Source of the DNA: Octopus vulgaris
Lineage: Eukaryota
Direction: 5' to 3'
NCBI GenBank assembly: GCA_951406725.2
Contig: OX597815.1
Coordinates: 180,916,001 to 180,980,000 of the forward strand
Length of the DNA stretch: 64,000 nucleotides
Below the pieces are notes generated by a model. It worked only from the letters and a program-made list of their open reading frames with translations. It made no database searches and was not told the origin of the DNA. Made by a program: the position numbers and the translations under genes. Below are positions 58,210 through 64,000 of this stretch, piece after piece (the stretch's first letter is position 1; each line of letters starts with the position of its first letter).

Positions 58210-58404
58210 TATTATTATTATCATCATCCCCATCATCCTCATCCTCATCATCATTACACACACACACATCAAAAATACTCTCCCCATCAAAAAAAAAAAA
58301 AGGAAATACTGCACACACCTCACCAACTGGAAAGTGAAGCAAGTGATGCAATAATGAATAATAATAATGGTGATGACGATGGTGATGAACGTTACTTTAC
58401 CTCA

Positions 58405-58792
58405 TTGGAGGCGAAATGGCCCAGTGGTTAGGGCAGCGGACTCAAGGTCATAGGATCGCGATTTCGATTCCCAGACCGGGCGTTGTGAGTGTTTTTTGAG
58501 CGAAAACACCTAAAGCTCCACGAGGCTCCGGCAGGGGATGGTGGTGATCCCTGCTGTACTCTTTCACCACAACTTTCTCTCACTCTTACTTCCTGTTTCT
58601 GTTGTACCTGTATTTCAAAGGGCCGGCCTTGTCACTCTCTGTGTCACGCTGACTATCCCCGAGAACTACGTTAAGGGTGCACGTGTCTGTGGAGTGCTCA
58701 GCCACTTACACGTTAATTTCACCAGCAGGCTGTTCCGTTGATTCGGATCAACCGGAACCCTCATCGTCGTCACCGACGGAGTGCTTCCACCA
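58405..58792 (+). mobile_element. tRNA-derived SINE, family 1 (duplicated copy of 34893)
   Basis: Same sequence and flanks as 34893-35281. Confidence 0.85.
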
Positions 58793-58981
58793 CACTTTAC
58801 CTCAGTTTATGAGGGTCAAGACAAACTCTGCTAGTCGGGCAATGCTATCGGTGAAAGTTCCACTATGTTTTTAATCATTGCCATTTCGGTGATGAAAAAA
58901 TTCGGGCATTGCTTTCGCTGGGTAGTACCCGTCTGCAAATATGGCTACATGGAATACTATGGTTGCCTGTATGTGTGGGGG

Positions 58982-59024
<43 letters not shown>

Positions 59025-59339
59025 ATGTGTATGTGTATGTGTGTGTGTGTGTTTGTTTATGTGTATGTGTGTGTGTTTATGTGTATGTGTATGTGTGTGT
59101 GCGTGCATGCTCGTATATGTTTGGAGGCATACTCTTGTGCATATACTTGTATAAATATATATGTATACATACCTGAAGATTTATATGTATGTACACGTTA
59201 TGTGTTTACATATGAATATACACGTGTATATATTTATATATATTTACTTGCGAGTGTAGATGTTTATAAATATAAAAAAATATGTATATAAGTACACACA
59301 CATAAATGAAAAGAGAGAATAGCAATATCTATTTATTTA

Positions 59340-60124
59340 TTGACCACAGGGGGCTAAACGTAGACGGGACAAACAAGGAGAAAGTGATTAAGTCGATTGG
59401 ATCGACCCAGTACATAACTGGTAATTATTTAATCGACCCGAAAGGATGAAAGGAAAATAGACCTCGGCGGCATTTGAACTCAGAACGTAACGGCAGACGA
59501 AATACCTATTTCTTTACTACCCACAAGGGGCTAAACACAGAGAGGACAAACAAGGACAGACAAACAGATTAAGTCGATTATATCGACTCCAATGCGTAAC
59601 TGGTACTTATTTAATCGACCCCGAAAGGATGAAAGGCAAAGTCGACCTCGACGAAATTTGAACTCAGAACGTAACGGCCGACGAAATACCTATTTTTTTA
59701 CTACCCACCTATTTTTTTACTACCCACAAGGGGCTAAACACAGAGAGGACAAACAAGGACAGACAAACGGATTAAGTCGATTACATCGACTCTAGTGCGT
59801 AACTGGTACTTATTTAATCGACCCCGAAAGGATGAAAGGCAAAGTCTACCTCGGCGGCATTTGAACTCAGAACGTAACGGCAGACGAAATACCTATTTCT
59901 TTACTACCCACAAGGGGCTAAACACAGAGAGGACAAACAAGGACAGACAAACGGATTAAGTTGATTATATCGACTCCAGGGCGTAACTGGTACTTATTTA
60001 ATCGACCCCGAAAGGATGACAGGCAAAGTCTACCTCGGCGGAATTTGAACTCAGAATGTAGCGGCAGACGAAATACCGCTAAGCATTTCGCCCTGCCTGC
60101 TAACGTTTCTGCCAGCTCGCCGCC
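59340..60124 (-). mobile_element. SINE family 3 with a tandemly amplified ~170-bp internal unit
   Basis: Four tandem units (cacaaggggctaaacacagagaggac...aaatacctatt) versus two at the paralogous site 35795-36193. Confidence 0.8.
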
Positions 60125-60804
60125 TTTCGCACGTGTATATTTATATAAACTAGGAGCCAGAAAATCAATATTAATACCAATAGATAATATTTATCCTCAC
60201 TAAAAAGTTGATGCTATCTTAGAACACAGAACCCTGCTTTACGTATCGTGAGACGACCTCTCATCATATGGCCTTGTAGTGTATATAAACATTTGGCTGA
60301 TATTTCTAGCAACGTGTACAATCGTTCCGTCCTTCTTCGGTGCATTTGAGACTTCTCTGGCACGGAACCAAGAGGAGAACCGAAAGTGAAAATGGGAAAA
60401 TTAGCTTAGGTATAAAAAAAAACCGAACCCAAAATTATATTGATGTTCTTCACACTTAAGTGTCTTCAGTTATTTTTGCCATAATTCCATTTTTCCTTTT
60501 TAACCCCACCCCCACTTTTTTTTCTCTTTTCTTTTTCCTTCGACTCCGTTTTATTTTTCCTACATTCTGAAGTCTCGCCGCTTGAAACATCCCAGTTGTG
60601 GGTTCCATAACTTTTATGCTAATATTTTCATCATTCTTCTTCTTCTCTTTCATTTCGTCTTTTTCTTCTTCTTCTTCTTATGCTGTGGGTATTCCGAGTT
60701 ATGAAAGAATTAGGTCATTATTTTTGTTTTGGTTTTAGCAGTCTGCATGCAAGCTGCCTCCATCACTAGAGAGAAAACGTGAGTGTGTGTGTGTATGTAC
60801 TTGC

Positions 60805-60856
<52 letters not shown>

Positions 60857-61472
60857 GCATATAGATATATATATATATTAATAAATAAAATAAAACATAT
60901 GCATATATATAAACATATATGTACGTACCTACCTCTACATGTACATATACACGCATATATGAGTACAGGACACCAAAAGGACGTCGAACACAATGAGAAA
61001 CGAAAACATAGACACAAACCAAAGGAGCTGGACATTTTTTTAAAAACAACAAAAAAATAGAGTACAGGACAATTAACACAAAGAAAAAACCCCTTCTTCA
61101 GTCGCTATGGTTTCATATACTCTACGTTTCGAAGGATAAAAGCGAGACGTATCTTCGACAAGAAACTTTCCTTCCTGCGAAAAGCAAATCAATTAAAATT
61201 CTGAGATCTTTTCGGAGAGGGGTAAAAAATGGTAACAAAAACAGGACAGTAACGACAGTACAAATTATAAACAGTAAAAGACAGGTAAAGGAAAAACAAG
61301 ATAAGAAGGGCTGTTAACGCCGAACGAAAAAAAAGAATTGCGAACGCGGAATTTTTTTATGAACGACACGCGGAGCAAAAAAAATGTCGTCCATTACCTT
61401 GAGAGGGCCAGGCCAGAAAGACAGCGGCGGAAGTCTCGTCGCGGGTGATATATATATATATATATTTATATA

Positions 61473-61540
<68 letters not shown>

Positions 61541-61874
61541 CATACATATATATATGGAGTTGAACGAAGATGTAATTAAAATTCTTTTGGTTTCGACATA
61601 TGTTTCGAAGACAACATGGTTTTATTCAAAAGAAATAAACGGTGTAAAATGCAATCTTCTCATCAAGAGAGAAAGAGAGCCTATCTATTTTTTTATTGCT
61701 TTTTTAATTGCTTGTTTTAATTGCTTTTTTCAATAGCTTTTTTCAATTGCTTTTTTAATTGCTTTTTTTAATTGCTTTTTTATTTGCTTTTTTTTAATTG
61801 CTTTTTTAAATTGCTTTTTTTAATTGCTTTTTGTAATTGCTTTTTTAATTGCTTTTTTTAATTGCTTGTTGTTG

Positions 61875-61906
<32 letters not shown>

Positions 61907-62085
61907 AATGATGCTGATGGTGGTGGTTGTGATGATGATGAAGACAGTGATGATGATGACGATGACGATAACGACGACGACGATGCTGATGATGATGGTG
62001 ATAATGAAGACGATGACGATAACGACGACAACGACGGTGATGATGATGATGATGATGATGATGGTGATAATGATGATGGTGATAG

Positions 62086-62135
<50 letters not shown>

Positions 62136-62155
62136 GTGATGGTGATTATATACAT

Positions 62156-62306
62156 CAGTGGTTCCCAACCTTTTCTCTATCGAAAACCCCTTATATTTAA
62201 ATGAGTTTTCTCACAGACCCCAGGACGTTGAAAGGTCCACGAACCCCCCCTACTATCTTTGCGGACTCCCCCAGGGAGTCCATGGACAACAGGTTAGGAA
62301 TCACTG
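62156..62306 (+). mobile_element. hAT-type MITE
   Basis: TIR cagtggttcccaacct / aggttaggaatcactg. Truncated paralog at 38197-38332, absent in unit A. Confidence 0.65.
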
Positions 62307-62623
62307 ATGCAGACGATTATCTTAATTATCTTCATGATGAGGAAGATAATTAGTCCAATTAAAATTATGAAGTTCCAGAGGTATTTAATATGATAAAAAA
62401 AAAGAGAAAAAATGATTTAAAAAAATCTAGCGGTATATCTAAACTTGACATGATAAAAATAAAAGCTAATTTTTCCTTATTTCGCATCCTACCGTTTAAA
62501 TAAAGCCACAGAAATAGAACGGAAGAAAAAGGTGATCTTCATGTGGTCTTCATGTAGTCCCAAACTAATTGCAATTTATTCAACAAGGTGCAGGAGTGGC
62601 TGTGTGGTAAGTAGCTTGCTTAC

Positions 62624-64000
62624 TTCCGGTTAACCAGAATGCAACACTAGTTTGTCTGGACTGTTACAGTGAGAAGATGTGAGTTTCGGCTCCGTGAATA
62701 GAAAAAAAGAACAAAAAGAAAAATTGTCAATTATGGCTCGCTATAGCGAGCAAAATACTGGTTTCTCATCACCGTAACGGTGAATTGAGAATTTTTGCTT
62801 GAAAATTCTTTTTGTAAATTCTAGTGGGCTTATCTCGCCAGAAAAATAAGAATAAGCCATTTGGATTACCTTTTTGGAGTATTATACAAAGGATTCCCTG
62901 TTTGTGCTATTTGTGAGGTTTTTCTTTTACTTTTCCCTTCTTCTATTTTTTCTTTCTTTCTAAATTTTGGTTCATTCTTTTCATTACTTTAATTTCAGTT
63001 TCCTCCCTCCTCTTTTATTTTGTTTTATTTTTTTATTCGGTTTAATTTTTTTGGCAGACTGTCTTTTGAACTACTTTTGAACTGTTTTTTGACATGGCAG
63101 AGAAGGAACTTAAAAAGAAAAACTCTGTCTTAGAGTGGGAAATTAACCCGCCTAAGCAGTGGTTAAAAGATATGGAGGAGAAGACGATGGTACTTAGAAC
63201 TTATTCTAAAGTTCTTAATTCCATCACCGTCTTCCCAAAACAAGTCATAAAAAGTGAACTTAAAGAATATTTGTCCTCTTTTAAAATATATATCCCGTGG
63301 TGTCAAACATGCAACCATATGGTTGCTGTTGGGGAAAAGGCTCGCCAGTTTGCGAGTCAGCCTTTAGAAGGCAAGGAAATTCTGTTCCTTCCGACATATT
63401 GTGGAAGAAAATTAATACGAGCCTGGGTATGTGGGTTACTCCCAGGCACCGAAGCGGATTGAATTGAAGATACCATCCGACGGGGACTGGGGGATGGCGG
63501 GCCCAGGCTCTTAAATGTAAGGGTATTGCCGGCGGTCGATTGGGAAGGGTCAAAAGCGATTTTGACACTGTGGACCCTATCGGCCGCAACAGATCTGGTT
63601 TTTCCAGATTTCTTGAAAAATGGCTGGCTGCAGGTTCCAGTGATACTTGAGGGACGTCCCCACAAGTGTCACTCGTGCCTGCAGCCAGGCCACATTAAAA
63701 GGAACTTCCCCCAGGACCATGGTAAGGTCCTGGAACAGTCACTAGATGCCACCTCCCCTACCCGGTCAAAGGGAGAGGTAGATGTGGTTGAGGAGGCTTC
63801 AGCCTCCTTAACTCAAAAACGATTAAAAAGGAAGTAGGAGGGCAACAATAGTTGCCCGCCGAAGGAACCTAAGGTTTCGGGAAGCGGGGGAGAGTCTCCG
63901 GACAAAGCGGAAGAGCTCCACTCTCCCGAAGTCAGGAAGAAAAGAAAAAAGAAGGAAGAAGAACGGGTCATCTCAGCGAGGAGATGATGTGCCGTCTGTA
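62624..64000 (+). mobile_element. 5' end of a retroelement with disrupted gag-like ORF1
   Basis: Interrupts a SINE at 62623. ORF pieces 63094-63462 and 63526-63837 include EGRPHKCHSCLQPGHIKRNF (degenerate CCHC). Confidence 0.7.

Larger units (their letters stand above)
58277..62623 (+). repeat. Tandem segmental duplication unit C (upstream part only)
   Basis: Colinear with 34741-38330, then with 20600-20900 of unit A. Confidence 0.88.

Noticed and set aside
59340-60124. CRISPR-like array
   Set aside because: The ~170-bp tandem SINE units have no unique spacers, the context is eukaryotic, and there are no cas genes.

Overview
Eukaryotic, AT-rich, repeat-saturated DNA. The SINE families and microsatellite load resemble an octopus/cephalopod genome (inference). 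Most ORFs in the supplied track are microsatellite or SINE artefacts. By reading splice sites I reconstructed two intact, tandemly duplicated 4-exon genes on the + strand (gene A 21641-30606, gene B 39755-55763). Each encodes a 229-aa protein with a predicted signal peptide and the hallmarks of a long-chain four-helix-bundle (IL-6 family/Unpaired-like) cytokine: intron phases 1-0-0, a TATA promoter with immune-type motifs, and an AU-rich 3'UTR. The two proteins differ at about 56 of 229 residues while their 3'UTRs are about 99% identical (hand counts). A third duplication unit starts at about 58277 and runs off the window, so this looks like a rapidly diversifying cytokine-like array. The rest consists of tRNA-derived SINEs, CR1/L2-like and RLE-type LINE relics, mariner and hAT MITEs, a Helitron-like insert, gag/CCHC retroelement ORF1 relics, and Penelope-type inverted repeats, several carrying minimal hammerhead ribozyme motifs.
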